From Klebsormidium nitens (Eukaryota > Plantae > Klebsormidiophyceae), in the NCBI GenBank assembly GCA_000708835.1, contig DF237140.1, positions 86,875-150,874 on the forward strand: DNA of 64,000 nt. The letters are read 5' to 3'. The notes beneath the pieces are model-generated. The model worked only from the letters and a program-made list of their open reading frames with translations. It ran no database searches and had not been told where the DNA came from. Made by a program: the position numbers and the translations under genes. Of the stretch, positions 38,263 to 51,800 are shown in pieces (within the stretch, counting starts at the first letter, position 1; the number at the start of each line of letters is the position of its first letter).

Positions 38263-39849
38263 AGGTGCGGTACTTCAGCAGCCTCTTCCGCTTTTTTAGC
38301 CCCTCCCGCGCGCTCTGCATCTAGTGCGCGCGCGGGGCGCCTGCGGACCCAAGTGGAGAGCAACAAGAGCTTATCGCCGGAAGAGCGGCGGCGGCGAATA
38401 GGAGCTAGGCCCCGATCATAAAGAACAGGAAGCACCGGCCCATGCGCAGCGGTGCGAGACTGGAACTCAAGAATAGGGACGTGCCAAGCTATAAATCCTA
38501 AACAGCCAGGACTTCGAAGGCCATTTGGTGGATTTTGTTGCGCCAGAGCATTTTCTGGCTAGAACCCAGGTATTGTAGCAGAGTTTAGGTGTTGCTTTAA
38601 GTCAGTCACAAATAGGTGCTTACCATTATCTGAAGGATACGTAGGTCCAAAAAACAAGCTTAATTAGATTTCGTAATCACCACGTCGATCTCTTTCCTGG
38701 CGGCGTCAGGTCAACCCCGCAACGAAGTCTGACTGATCATGCCAGTTGCGTGCATAATTCATAGCCTATGAGTCCCCTAATACTGGTGGCGCGCGCACGA
38801 ACGAGCTAGCGTACGACCGAGTAAGACATTCTCAACACAGCGCATCAAAGCACCACAAACCCTTCCCGAAAGAACGAAGCGAGTACAGAGGGCATTCGAT
38901 AGGCCGAGCGGCGATGGGAACGGCACGGCAAAACAAAGGGCATTTGGAGAAGGCTGCAAAGCACGCGCTGCTAGTTTCCATCTGGACCGGGCGGTACGAC
39001 CTTTGCAGCGGCACAAATTGCCTTCTCTGAAGCCAAAGAAATATCTAACTAGAAGACCGCACTTTACATCATTGTATGAAAACAGGACCTACTTGAGCTT
39101 CGAGGAGTTATCAAAAACTCTTTTGAACGAGCCCCTTGGTGATCCTTCATATACAGTAGGAGAATGTTGCAAGAGGTTGTAAGGTTTGATTATATACGAT
39201 AGTATCAAGCGCTAAGATACGTCAATCACTGGCGTCACAATCTTTCAGGAGCATGTACTGAGATGACATCCCAGATGCGGATGATCTTTGCCGCAATCTT
39301 ATTTCGTGTTCCTCGTGACCTGGAGCACCGGGAAGATATAGGGTAAATGAAAGACACGGGGGCAGCCGTAAACAGGAAGGTTCGCGCGCGCGCCGCGCGC
39401 GGCGGTGGATGGACCCAAGCTACGACCCACGAAGGAGAGCTGCAAAAGGATGTTTGCTGACAGACTAGTAGAAGGCCATCCGACTGAACCGAATCTAAGT
39501 TGAAAATGAAACTATGTTGGTTTGAACAACGTCAAAGTATCCGGTCAACGTGTGTGGCCGCGCGCGCGCATGAGTCTGCTTCTAGCTGGAAGACTGTTTG
39601 TAACAGGAAATAAGCTGTCTTGCTGCCTACCGGTGAAGAGAACCTTATTACCAACGGACATACGCAGACGATATTTTGTATCTGACAACTCGTCAGACTT
39701 CCAGAAATTGATTGGTTGATTTTGAGAAGCGGCGGAGCGTCCGATTACATGAAGAAGTACCTGATGACCTTGCGGCCACCATTGAACTGATTCGTCCTTG
39801 TTCTTTCGTCCAGACGAAAGAACAAACTCAAGATTTGAAGATCGTTTAA

Positions 39850-42800
39850 GTCAACCAGGGCAAACTCGACACACACTTGCACACTCGCCATCTCCGCCGC
39901 ACGCCCACCGATCAAAGAAGCTAACAGACAGCCCGGACGGAGAGTCGATCTGCACAGAAGCTTTCTGAGCTACCAAGATATGAGCACATCTGAATTTTGA
40001 AGTTTGATTTTGGACAACCCACCTAGTCCTCTTCACGGGCTCGACGATGTCAAAGGAGCTTAACTCAAAGAAGCCGGCATCTACGACATCGAGGATGATT
40101 CTCACCGCGAAACTTTTATGATTTTCGTCTAGCTTTGTAAGCAGGTTTGAAGACAGTGTAAAAGGTGGTGATTCCTCGGCTCCTGAAGCTGACCAATAGT
40201 CGTTCATGGCGGCCCCGATAGACTTTCGCTTGACGAGGGCATGTCCATAGAGCCGCTACCGAGCCAGAAAATCTACTTGCTGTCTCTAACCAATAGTACA
40301 AACCGCTTCCTTCCGTTCATGAATCCAAGGAAACGAAACGAAAAGATAGATACCAAGCGATCTTTTATTTTTGTTACTCGGGCGTCAAACGATCGCCAGT
40401 CTTCTGGACGTTCTCGTGTGATGAGAGAATCCACTGCGATCTGTCATGAGAATATTTCCGTCTCCCATCCTCGCCCAAATAAGAACAGCTAGAAATGTAG
40501 CAACCCAGGGGCCTCGATTCGCCTCACATAGGGCCTTCGACCTGAATCATTCCTGTCCCAGCCTCGGGTTTTCACTGCCCTATCGCTCTAAGATCCGTTG
40601 CTCTAAGATCGCCTAAGAAAGGTTGCGAATGGGGCCTAGTTTTAAAACTTGTCTGCCGCTCTTTCAAGCCAAGATGCTTTTGATCCGCTCCACTTCGGCT
40701 CCGGTCCGAATCAAGGCGCCCTCTGTGCGCGCGAGAAGGGCGCGCCGGAGGTGCTGAAAGAAAGTACTGAGCAGTTGCACCGCTAGTAGAAGCGCTTCTT
40801 AACGTTTTTCCCCAGCCCAAAAGAAGGCGTTCTCTCTGATCAATCAGGGTCTGAGATCTTTTGGACGATGAGATGGACTCCAAAACCAAGCCTAGATGAT
40901 ATCAGCCTTGCTTCGATACGATATTCGTAACTCACCGAGAAGACCCGCCAGACCACGTGTCCGACAGCATTCGATTCAAACAAGGTTCAGACAATGGTCC
41001 AGACTCTCTTCTAACAGGCTTCATTTTCTGCTCTGATTTGCGAACCAGTTCAGACATGCTTTGATCTGTGTCTCAGACAAGGTTTGAAAAGATGCAATGT
41101 TTCATGTCTTTGTAATTTCCTGCGTCTCATCCCCGGCGCAATCTACAGTGACTGGGAAACTGAAAAGGAATTCCCTGACTGGCCGGGACCGTCATTGACA
41201 ATGGGTCTTGAAAGCAAGCCATTAAAAACGTACTAACTTGATCCTTGATGTAATTTCTTGCGGCCAGGCATAATAAACTGGCAGGAAAGCAGGAACTTAT
41301 TTGCAGCTGTCTCGATTTGACAAGGTGACTGGCTTTGTTTACTCGACACATGGATCTAAGATTCGTGGATCTCGGAAAGGCCCCACCAAATCGTTTCCTG
41401 GAACATTCCGAAATGAAGAGGCGGCTTTGGCTAATTCTGCCAACAGCTTGCAAGGACCATAGCCGATGATTCAACACTACCGGGGCCGCTCGGAACGAGC
41501 TATTTTATGACCTAGTAGAAGGATCTCATCACTGCACAGGAAAGCCCCACAGTAAGTCGCGAAGCATACAGGAAGGCGCGGCCGAACATACAGCAGGTTT
41601 GTCTTGGCCGGCCGAGTTTGAACAAGTTCGAGACCGTGGAATAACAGACGACGGGGGGCGGCCCCGCGCCGATATATTAATGCGCTGACAACTCTGGTCT
41701 CTGCAACACCAGGAAAGACAATGTCGTGGTGAACACGTGCTTGACAGGATACCGGATTCAAATCGTGCGGGAACCTGAGTTTTAACTACGAATGAAGAGT
41801 ACGAGGCTTTCATTTTGGAATAAGCCCTACAGCTCCTAGTGGAAATGTGAAAGAGTAAAGCGCAGCCAGGATACCAATGCAAATTGCTGACGTCAAGATC
41901 TCCAATCTGAGGATATCGCGCATGACGTGTGCACGCCAGGTGCAGATTATCCTTGCCACTATCCGACCAGACGATGCTCATTGGATTATTGGGCTGGTAG
42001 ACGCTGACGTGTGTTCTTACGGACGCCGGCGGGCCATCCCGTCATAAAAAGAGCGGCCTCACGCGCGCGCCGGATGCAAAACAAGCTGCGTCGAACCCAC
42101 GAAGCAACGACGGGGAATTTTTCATACTGACGAGATCTTGAAAATATTTCCGGAATGATTGCAAATTCAGCGAATCCATCACGTAATCAACCTTGATCTT
42201 CGGTGTTTGGCTTTCAACATATGCAGGCCCATCTTGGCGAAGCTACTAGCCAAAGGACGTTTCATCATTGCCTTCCGATGTTGATTGATAAGAATGTTTG
42301 ATTGTTGTGTTTGCGAGAGTTGGCTGTATAAGATTCCGTCGACGATTTGACAAGGAGCTGAAGCTGAGCTGCAAGGCTTTTCACAAGTTTTCGCGTCAAT
42401 GGTGTCACCTAAAACGAAAGTCGGTCGTTACAGACGGCGGCGTCGTCAAATCAGACCCAACATTGCTGGGCTTGACGGAGACCAGAAAAAGCCATTTGCT
42501 GTGAACACAAGTACTAAGAAATGGATCCCACTGTCGATCTGATCTCCCATGTAGCTTGCTTTACCGGCGTCACATTCGGAACCGGTGCGGCGCTTATAGA
42601 CCGCAACTCACAGGTGTGCGTAATTTTACCGTTCATAGAGACTGAAAGAAAGTAATATTGAAGCAGAATTTTGAGGGGTTTGCCTGCTCCGTGCGGGCCT
42701 GCCCAAAGAATGTGTATTGCGCTTCTCCCGAAACAGAAGAAAAAGTCTAGAACTGGAACTTTTGTAGAAGCATTGGGTTTGCTCTGAATGGGACATCTAT

Positions 42801-45800
42801 TTTGGGGTGGACTTGATTCCCCGAGGCGAATGGCCCTTGCCCATATCAGTTCTTTACTCTATATGTGCTACGTGGGATAAGCGTGAGAGGGCGCTCACGT
42901 CGCGGCTGGAAAGGTTGTTTCGGCTGGAGAAAAACGTTCCATTACCAAAGGAGAACTGGAGGCCAAGCAATCGCCCGGAGGCGGAGGATATTGGGCACAA
43001 CGCAAAGAGTGAGGCAAAGAAGAGCCGGTTTTGCAGTCAACTACAGCGCAAGGAGGAGGCGACGTTGGAAGCGCTAAGATGAACCCGAGTTCGAAGCCCT
43101 ATGCTTGGTAACTTAAGCGAACCCGACCCTCATCACAGTCGAAGCACAAAGCTGGCGCCGGTTTTGTTATATTGGTTCCTGATCTTCAGGAATTCGAGCT
43201 TGAACCGGGGCTCAGTTCCAAGTCCTCCGTCATTGTCTCAAGCGAGACGCTCGTGGTTAAGTCCGCTGCGGCTCTGCCTCGATTCATCAAAGCGCCCTCC
43301 GCGCGTGCTAAAAGGGCATGCCGAAGCCGCTGAAAGATGGAGGGAAGCATCAGCACGCCCAAGTTCCAATCGCTTCACCACAATATGACCCCCATCGAAT
43401 TCCACGACCGAAAAAGAGCTTCTGACCCGGTTCATGTCTGAGACGAACACAAGACGAAACAATGAGAACTCGGGAATTCAAATGGTGGGACTAAGCAGAA
43501 CAAGACGGCTTCTGTCATGTTTCGGACGTGAGTGAACGACATTCTCTGAACGTTGCACAAAAGAGCCTCCGGACAACGAAAACAGCTTCCGGACAAGCCT
43601 CAGACGTGGTCCAGACTTTCTCTGGGCAGCTTCGCGCGTCCGGTTCGAAGACCTTGAGAACCTCTTTCTGAAAACGCTCTGACAAAATAAGATGAATGCC
43701 CTAAATAGTGATACGTGCGGCATTCGCTTCGCAGACTAACCTCCAATTCTTGAGAGGAGACTCCAAATCTGCGGGTTCATCATTGCCGACTACGACGTTC
43801 GAAAAAGAGCCGGTTTAATTCCGGCCTTTCAGTGGTCCCTTTAGAAGTAAAAAGTGACAAATCCATGGTTACAGGAAAGAAGCCTAGCGCAGCATAAAGG
43901 ATCCGCTCATTTACATGGCGACAAGATTATCTATATCAATGAATGTTTAACATAACAAATCAGCATGATTTTCAAGAAGCCCGTAAGAGGATCATGGTCC
44001 TTTCCTGACAGCTTCAGGCCCTTTCTCTGCACTTCGTTGACTAAGGTAGTCAAAACCGTGCACGGGACATCAGAGCTTCAGTTCTTCCCGTACTGGGCGC
44101 TCAAAACGGCTTGAGTTTCAGATTAATAGAAGTTTTCATTTCTGTGGGTACATGCACCGTGACCTTAAGCCAGAGACAAAGCGAGTATGTAACAAAGTCA
44201 AAAGAAGAAGCGAGGACAGGATCCGCCAACAGGGTTCGGTGAAATCAAAGGCAGCCGGAGGCGACCACGTGCACCAACCATGCGCTCGTTACTGCGGGGC
44301 TTGGACGATCCTGCGCAGCGCCGCCAAACCCAGATCGAGCGATTTTATCAGTGCACAGCAACCATTACAATCAAGCAACACTATAGTGGATGTCTCAGCG
44401 AGACAGTACATACCTGTGCGTAAAGGAATACAGAGTTTTGGAACGAGCCCCCGCAGCAAAATTACTTTCTATCCGAAGACAATGGAAAGTGCAGGTTGTG
44501 CTTCCGAAGAGAATGTTATGTAGCGCCCAGCGCAGGCGTACACAGTTATTGGCGTCACCATAAACCACGGACCCCATGATGAGAATCATCTCAGGGGTAG
44601 ATAATCTCCGCCACTTTCTGATCGTACGTTGCTCATAGACCACTGGGCAGGTAGGGCTTTCAACGGAAGAAGCGCGCGCCGCGGCCGCGGGCCGGCAAAC
44701 GGTGGACGACTGCGAGCCCACGAAGCAAGGCCGCGGAATAAAGGATAGCAATATAGCACTGACAGAATCACCAAATTTGTTTCCTTAGAGACATCATAAA
44801 GACCTCCTCCCAAATACCTGAACCTCTCAGTCACAAGCTGAGCTTGTACTTACGAACTTTAGAGTTATCGTACCCGTTCATTGGGCGAGGGTCCCGCGCT
44901 TAAAGACTAAGCTTCTTAGACAGAAGTTCCATCGGAAACGCGTTCCACTTTGCATTCCGTTCTGTTCTGCATGGAAGAAAACAGACTTTGAAACTCTTTT
45001 ATTATTTTTGTCGCAAGCCTCCGGTTCTGCCAAACAGCCCCACCGCCCTCAGCACCACCATCAAACAAGTAGAACTTGAAACGTAATAAAATGTTTAAAG
45101 TTATGAGCCACGCCCACTTGATGACGTAGTGCAATGCCAGCACTTCTCAACCTGGTCACATGGCAATTGAACCATCAATCAGCTCGTGAACAGGCAAGAA
45201 AAGGTTGCGCGTTGGGCGCGCGCGCGGCTTGTGGGCCCGCGGGGGAGCACTAGGGGTGGACGGATTTATCGCACACTCGGACAGCCCACATAGACCTCGA
45301 CATGGGCCGACGAGATCAGCGGATTTCTCTCACCGAAGCGGTATCCATGATGTCAAGGAAGTTTTGCAACCATTCATTCCGTGTCTGTCGTCTAGTGAGG
45401 AGAAAACGTGAAACGTTTGGATTGATCTGTCTTGAGAACAGTCAATACTTTTTAAGCTCAGGGCTTTGCCTGGTGTCGGCTTGTGACACGACGAGGGCAC
45501 AGGCACATGCAGGCCCGTTTTCGAGCCAGCAAATCCACTTGCTGTCTCTGATCCGGAAAACATTGGGTCCCTCAGTACCGTCATGAAAAAAGGTGAAACG
45601 AAACGAAAGGACACAAAACGCACCGCCCACGAAGAGAACACGCGATCGGTGGTAGCAGAGCTCTTAGCAGGCAAGGAGCGGCTTAAGTGATTCTCCATAC
45701 CGGATGTTACCAACTTTATGCCGTTTATCATCAATTTGGAAAATTGTCTCTCGGATTTTGCTACTCTGGCGTCAAAGAATCTCAGGCGCGCTTCGTGACG

Positions 45801-48800
45801 TTATCATGTCTTGATAGAATCTTATCCATCCTTGCCCAACCAGGGAGTGAGACGATACAAAACGTAAGCCATCAGCGAACCGGGGGCCTTCAAACCGCCT
45901 TCGGTTGGCTCTTTGTCTTGGTCTTTATCCAAGCCATGGTTTTTCACTGCCCTTCCACACTAAACCGTTGCATCAGCGCCCAAGAAAACATAGGTTATTT
46001 ACCTCCTCCGGAAGTCTCTCTATAGACCAAGTTACTTCACATTACTCCGTCCTTGCCCAACGTGAAAAAGCTGGAGGACACGTACGTGAACCTGCGAGTT
46101 AAGGCGCTTGTATAATGGACCCTTCACTCTCTCTGACTTTGGAACTTAAAGTCTGCCCTCTCTCTAAGCAGCGCCTTGCACGAGCGCCCACTAGTGTCAT
46201 TTCCGGTCCACTACTTTCCTTGGCAGAACAAACCACAAACGAAGTTGAATCCGGTAGATACAGTTAAATTATACGGCTTGTGATCCAATCCCAGCTGCTC
46301 CACCAAGCAGGCTTCGGGTGAATCAACGTGACGGCGCTGAAGCCTTTGATACGTCAGACCTAAGTCTGGGTGATAGTTCAACCTCCGTTCATCAACACGC
46401 CACCTTCGCATCCTGTAAAAGTCCGAAAAAAAATGCCAGGCGACAATCTCTGGGACGTTACCAAAAAGGCTGATGAAATCCACGCCGAGGCTAGGTAATT
46501 GTGAGATTTGCGGCTATACACAATTGTCCATGCGAGGGCTTCAAAGAGACGCGAGATGCACTTGGGCCTGAACCCCCGAGCCTCATCTTCCTAGCCCAGC
46601 CCAGGATTTTATGCTGAGAGGGTAGTCTGGGCGGATGAAATGACCAATCGTCGCCACAGGTCACACTGCCATGGAAAGAAAAATGAAGTACACATTTGGC
46701 AAACTTGACGTCTAGTACACTGTTCTGAATGTTCTGGGGACATACCGGGGCTTCCTGTGAACATTTCCTGGTCCTCCGAATTCCAAGTTGAAGCGCTCTA
46801 TCGCAGAACGCACATCTGACTGTATAATTTACTGTATACGTACTAATTGGAGGCCGTGTCAAGAGGAACAGGCCTAGACTAGCTGACTGTTCGGAGACGT
46901 CCTTGAGCTCTTGCACTGAGGAAGCATGAGCTTTGCGCTGACTTGGATCCAAGCTCACATACAGGCCTCACATCGTGACGAAAATGCACGGCCGCTGAAG
47001 AACCTCGTTCGCCTGACGGAGTCGCTAAGAAGTATCGATGACTAGGGCGTTGTTGGGTTGTCCGCCTGTTTCAGAAATATTGACGTGCCGCCACGCACTT
47101 CGTTCCTCGAATCATGAGGTAATTTGTTAATCTAAGCAAGCAAAGAGCTCTACCTCTCAATCCATGTTCCCTCATTCAGGATCCCTGTCGCCCACGAAGA
47201 TACAACTCGCAACTGGTGATCACGATGATGCAACAACTCGATTCGATGGCTATAAGAGAAGTATCCATCCGATGGCTTCGTCTCTGGCCTCAAACATACG
47301 TTCCAGACATGCTATGGAGTTTGTGCTCCCAAGCGGAAGGATCACGGCCCCACCACAAAAGTGCGTTGCGTTTGCCGCCTAACCTAGGTTTCACCGGGTT
47401 AGAGGGCTCCAGGAGGTCGAACGCGCATCCAGCGATGAGTTCTACCCTCACCACCTAGATGGATCCTTGCCCAACATGAGCCAGGAAACGGTAATATTGA
47501 GAAGAGATAAAATGGTTAACGGGAAGAAAATAGACGCTCGGAGTGGGCATTACCAAGCAATGCCATGCTGCGCGAGCTGCAGCAATCGAGAAAATCCATT
47601 CACAAGAAAGGTCTGAATGAGTTTAGTCCGTTGAGCTCCTGTTAATTTAAAAGTACGAAAAATGAGACCGCCCAATTGGAGCCCAATTGGTCCCCTCGCA
47701 GGAGATGGGGTTTCGAAACCATACGCCATCCACGAATTCGAAGGAAGGATCGAATGGTCTGAAGATTGTCAACTTACGTTCTGTTTATTTCGCGAAACTT
47801 GAAAGCTCTCTGAAACCCAGCTCGATCATAATCTAATCTGGAAAGCTCATCATAACATTTATTTTGCTTTCGTCGCTTGGCAGTACTGAAATTGACGAGG
47901 GCGACGCTTACAGGCCCACTAACGAGCCAGCAAATCCGCCCACCTTCTCGAAGAGCAGCAGAAAGTTACCTTCTCAGCTCACCGAAAGGGAGCAAAAAAT
48001 TTCGTACATGTTTTCCATTCGAGTGCTCCAGAGGAGGCGGACGCGACTTGGGCTTGAGTCCCAAGCCCCGATCTCCTTGCCCAACCGAAGAATTAATTCT
48101 GAGTGGGGAGTCTGAGCAGAATGAGGCTGATTGTTTGACGCAGCGGTTCACAGTGCTCTGGAAAGAAAGATGAATTGAAAGGCTACAAGCGTGGCGGAAA
48201 GGACGTGTCTTACAGTTACAGCGTTTATGCCTTGAATACATTCAGTTCCTGCAGATCCCCAAGCGCCTCACCAGCACCTGGCGCAGATGATATAAATCTG
48301 ATTAAATCATCTGATTACAAATAATGATCACCAAGGTGCGTTTGTACAAGAGACTGGGCTGACTGCCTGCTTGAAGCCGTAAAACATATAAAACCTTTCC
48401 ATAATCTCAAGCGCGCAGAACGAGCAAAGACTCGTGCGCCGAATCGATTCCAGCTTACAAGCCCACCATGTGCCAGATTTTGCTGAAAACCTCATGCTGA
48501 AGCTAATCCTGAAATGTTTTCAGGGGTCTCATGACGAGGGGATCACTGGGCTGTCCACGTGTCACTAGTCACACGTGCGTCGACTTCGTACATCACCACT
48601 TGACAGGACTTCCAGACGCAAGCAACCTATAGCTGACGCAACCAAACAGCTTCACCTTGCAAGGTCCCCATCCATTACCATTATCAACTATTCATTGGGA
48701 TCAGGTAGACAATCACGGGGTGGAGGTGAAACTCTATCGGCTTTCATTATTCTTTGCCGTTAAATCACGAGAGTCCTTCTCTTAAGGGGGCATGATCGGA

Positions 48801-51800
48801 CAGCCCACTTAGTCCTATTCACGGGCTTCACGAGTGTCCGAGGAGCGGATCTCAGAAATGGCGGCATCCACAACATCGAGGATGGTTTTTACCGCCGAAA
48901 CTCCATGTCTTCCGGCTAGCTTTGAAAGCAGGGTTGTGGAGAGTTTGTAAGTATCTCATCGGATCTCGAAGCCTGACCAGCAGTCGTTCATGGCGGCCCC
49001 CGACGTTAGATTTTGGCTTGACGAGGGCGCGGTCGTTACTGAGCCAAAAAAACCATTTCCTATTTGTAGCAGTTGTACGAACCGCTTCCTTAGCTTCATG
49101 ATGGTTCAAGGAAACGAAACGAAAAGATAAATACAAATTGGTCTTTCTTTTCTTTTACTCGGGTTTCGAAAGCTTTGCAAATGACATTGTTGACGTTCTC
49201 ATGTCACAAGACAATTCCATCCTCGCCCGCTTTAGAAAAGAGATTCAGCAACCCAGGGGCCTCAAATCGGGTTGGATAGGCCCTCTGACCTGGTTCTTGT
49301 CCAAGCCTCAGACTTTCACTACCCTATCGCACTTAAGGCCGTTGCAAAAGTGCTCAAGAAAGCCTGCGAATCTGGGCCTAAGTTTTATCCGTCTGCCGCT
49401 CTTCCGAGCCAAGATGCTTTGGATCCGCTCCACTTCAGCTCCGGTCCGATTCCAAGGCGCCCTCTGCGCGCGCGCTGAAAGGGCGTGCCGGAGATGCTGA
49501 AAAATAGCGCACAGCCAAAGCGCTTCTCAACGGATGATCTTTGACGTCTTGAAACAGCCGAGGGAAAAGCCTTCTACTTGATAAGGGTCTGAAATCGTTC
49601 GGACGATGAGATGGACTCCAGAAGGAAGACTATTTTATATCAGGCTCGATTCGGACAACCTTTGAACATAAAGGAGACACCCCGCCAGACGTGTCCGACA
49701 ACATTCGTAACAGCCGCAGCTATTGGTCCAGACTTTGTGCCGACTGTAGGTCCTTGTCTTTTTGAGTGATGGAACAGTTTCAAACATGCTTCTGAGTCTG
49801 AAACAAGATCTGAAAAGATGCAATCGTGTAAGTCGTTCTAGATTCCTGCGTCTCATCCCCGGCGCTATCTACAGGGACCTGGGACCTTGGGAGTTAGGAA
49901 CTTCCAGGACTAACCGGGACTGTCGTCATTGACAACGTGACACTTAAAGCAAGCCATAAAAGGTTATACGTCGATCCTTGATGTGCCTTCTTGCGTCAAA
50001 GCGTAACGTGGCAAGAAAGCAGGAACTGATTTGTCGCTGTCTAATCTCACAAGGCGACTGGCTTTCTTCAATAACACATGGACGAGCCTCGTGGATCTCG
50101 GAAAGCCCCATCAATTAATAGTTTCCTGGCAGCTTCGGATCATTCCCGGAAAAGGGGCGTTTTTGGCAAAGCTTGCCACTAGCTCGCACGAAATCATAGC
50201 CGATGAGTCAACATCCAGGGCCGCTCGGAAGAGCTAGGTTATGGCCGAGTAGAAGGATCAATTATCACTGCGCGGGCACCAGCAAGTCGCGAGGAATACA
50301 TAAACGCAGGCGCGGCTGTACGGAGAGCAGGTTTGGCTGGGGCCGAGCCTGAACAACATTCAGTAGCGTGTAAGGATAAATGACGTACGGGAAGGCGGCC
50401 CGCGCTGACGACAAACGTCAAGAAGAGATCCTGGTGAGCACGTGCTTAACAAAACACGGGACGAAATCGTTTGGGGACCGAGTTTGAATTGTACTTGAGG
50501 ATACGAAGCTGAGGAACGAGCCCCGCAGCAATCGCTTACAGCTCTTGGAAAAGTGAAAGAGCAAAGCGCAGCGCAGGAAAAGCCAGTTGCTGGCTTCGAA
50601 ACGTCTGGAAAACTTCCACGGATGACATGTGCATGCCAGGCGGAGATTGATATCGTTGCCAGTATCCGACCATACGATGCTCACCAGACCACTTGGCAGG
50701 TAGAGGCTGATTTTCATTCGTAAGGACGCCCGCGGTCAATCAATTACAAAAAGAGCGCCGCGCGCCGCCGGGCGTCGTGAAACAGCGTTGATGCAAGCGA
50801 ATTGGAAGTGAATAATTCTTACAAGTTGGTTTTGTCCTCCGTATACTCTTGCGAATCTGCCCTGTGTCCTGCAATCAGTCTAGCGGTCTGCTACTTTGTC
50901 ACCTAGACTATAACTAGCAGACTAAGTCGATATGAGCGTCTACAGTATCAAGCACGTCTGGTCTGCTCGTCCGTTCCCAAATGCGCGCGGCCCACGTGAC
51001 CAGACTTCGTCGAAGTCAGCCGGTCAACACGGTCAAACCGCGGTCAACACTACCCTACGGTTAACTACCGTACTACAACAGGGCGGGAGACAACTTTCGT
51101 CGTAATATCCACGAAGCAAGGACGCGGAAGATTGCATACTGACGAACTCATATAGATGTTTCCCGGAAAATTGCAAAGTCAGTCTCGTTGTTAGCTCAAG
51201 AGTGATTGTAGTACTTTGGCTTTCATCTTACTAGTGCACCCCTGCCCTGGCAAATCTACCAAATCTACCAGCCTTAGGATGCTTCATCATTGCCTTCCGA
51301 TGTCGATCGATATGAATGTTTGCTTGTTGTACTTGCAAGAGTTGGGTGTATACGGTTCGGTCAACCGCAAGAATTCGTCTAAAGCTGATTCAAAAGGCTT
51401 TCCAGAAGTTTCTGCGTCACTGTGTCACTTGAAAGAAGCGAGTCTGAACGGCGTCGCCGTCTGATCAACCCAAGATCGCTGCGCTAGGTAGTGGGATGCC
51501 AGAATAGGCCACTTACCGTGATGAACCTAGACAGATCGGACTGTCGATTTGAAAGTTAACGCATTTCCATAGTAGATTACTTAGCCGGCGTCAAGATCGC
51601 AAGGAGTGCGGCGCTTGAAGACCGAAGCTCACATGTAAACGTCTCCTTGTCGTTCACAGGAATTGAAAGAGAGATAATCGAAGAAGCTTTTTGAGGGGCT
51701 TGCCTGCTCCGTGCGGGCCCGGCCGAAGGACATGTATTGCGCCCCTTCGGTATCTAAACCGAGCAAAGTCGAGAAGTGGACTCTTCATTGAAACATTGGA

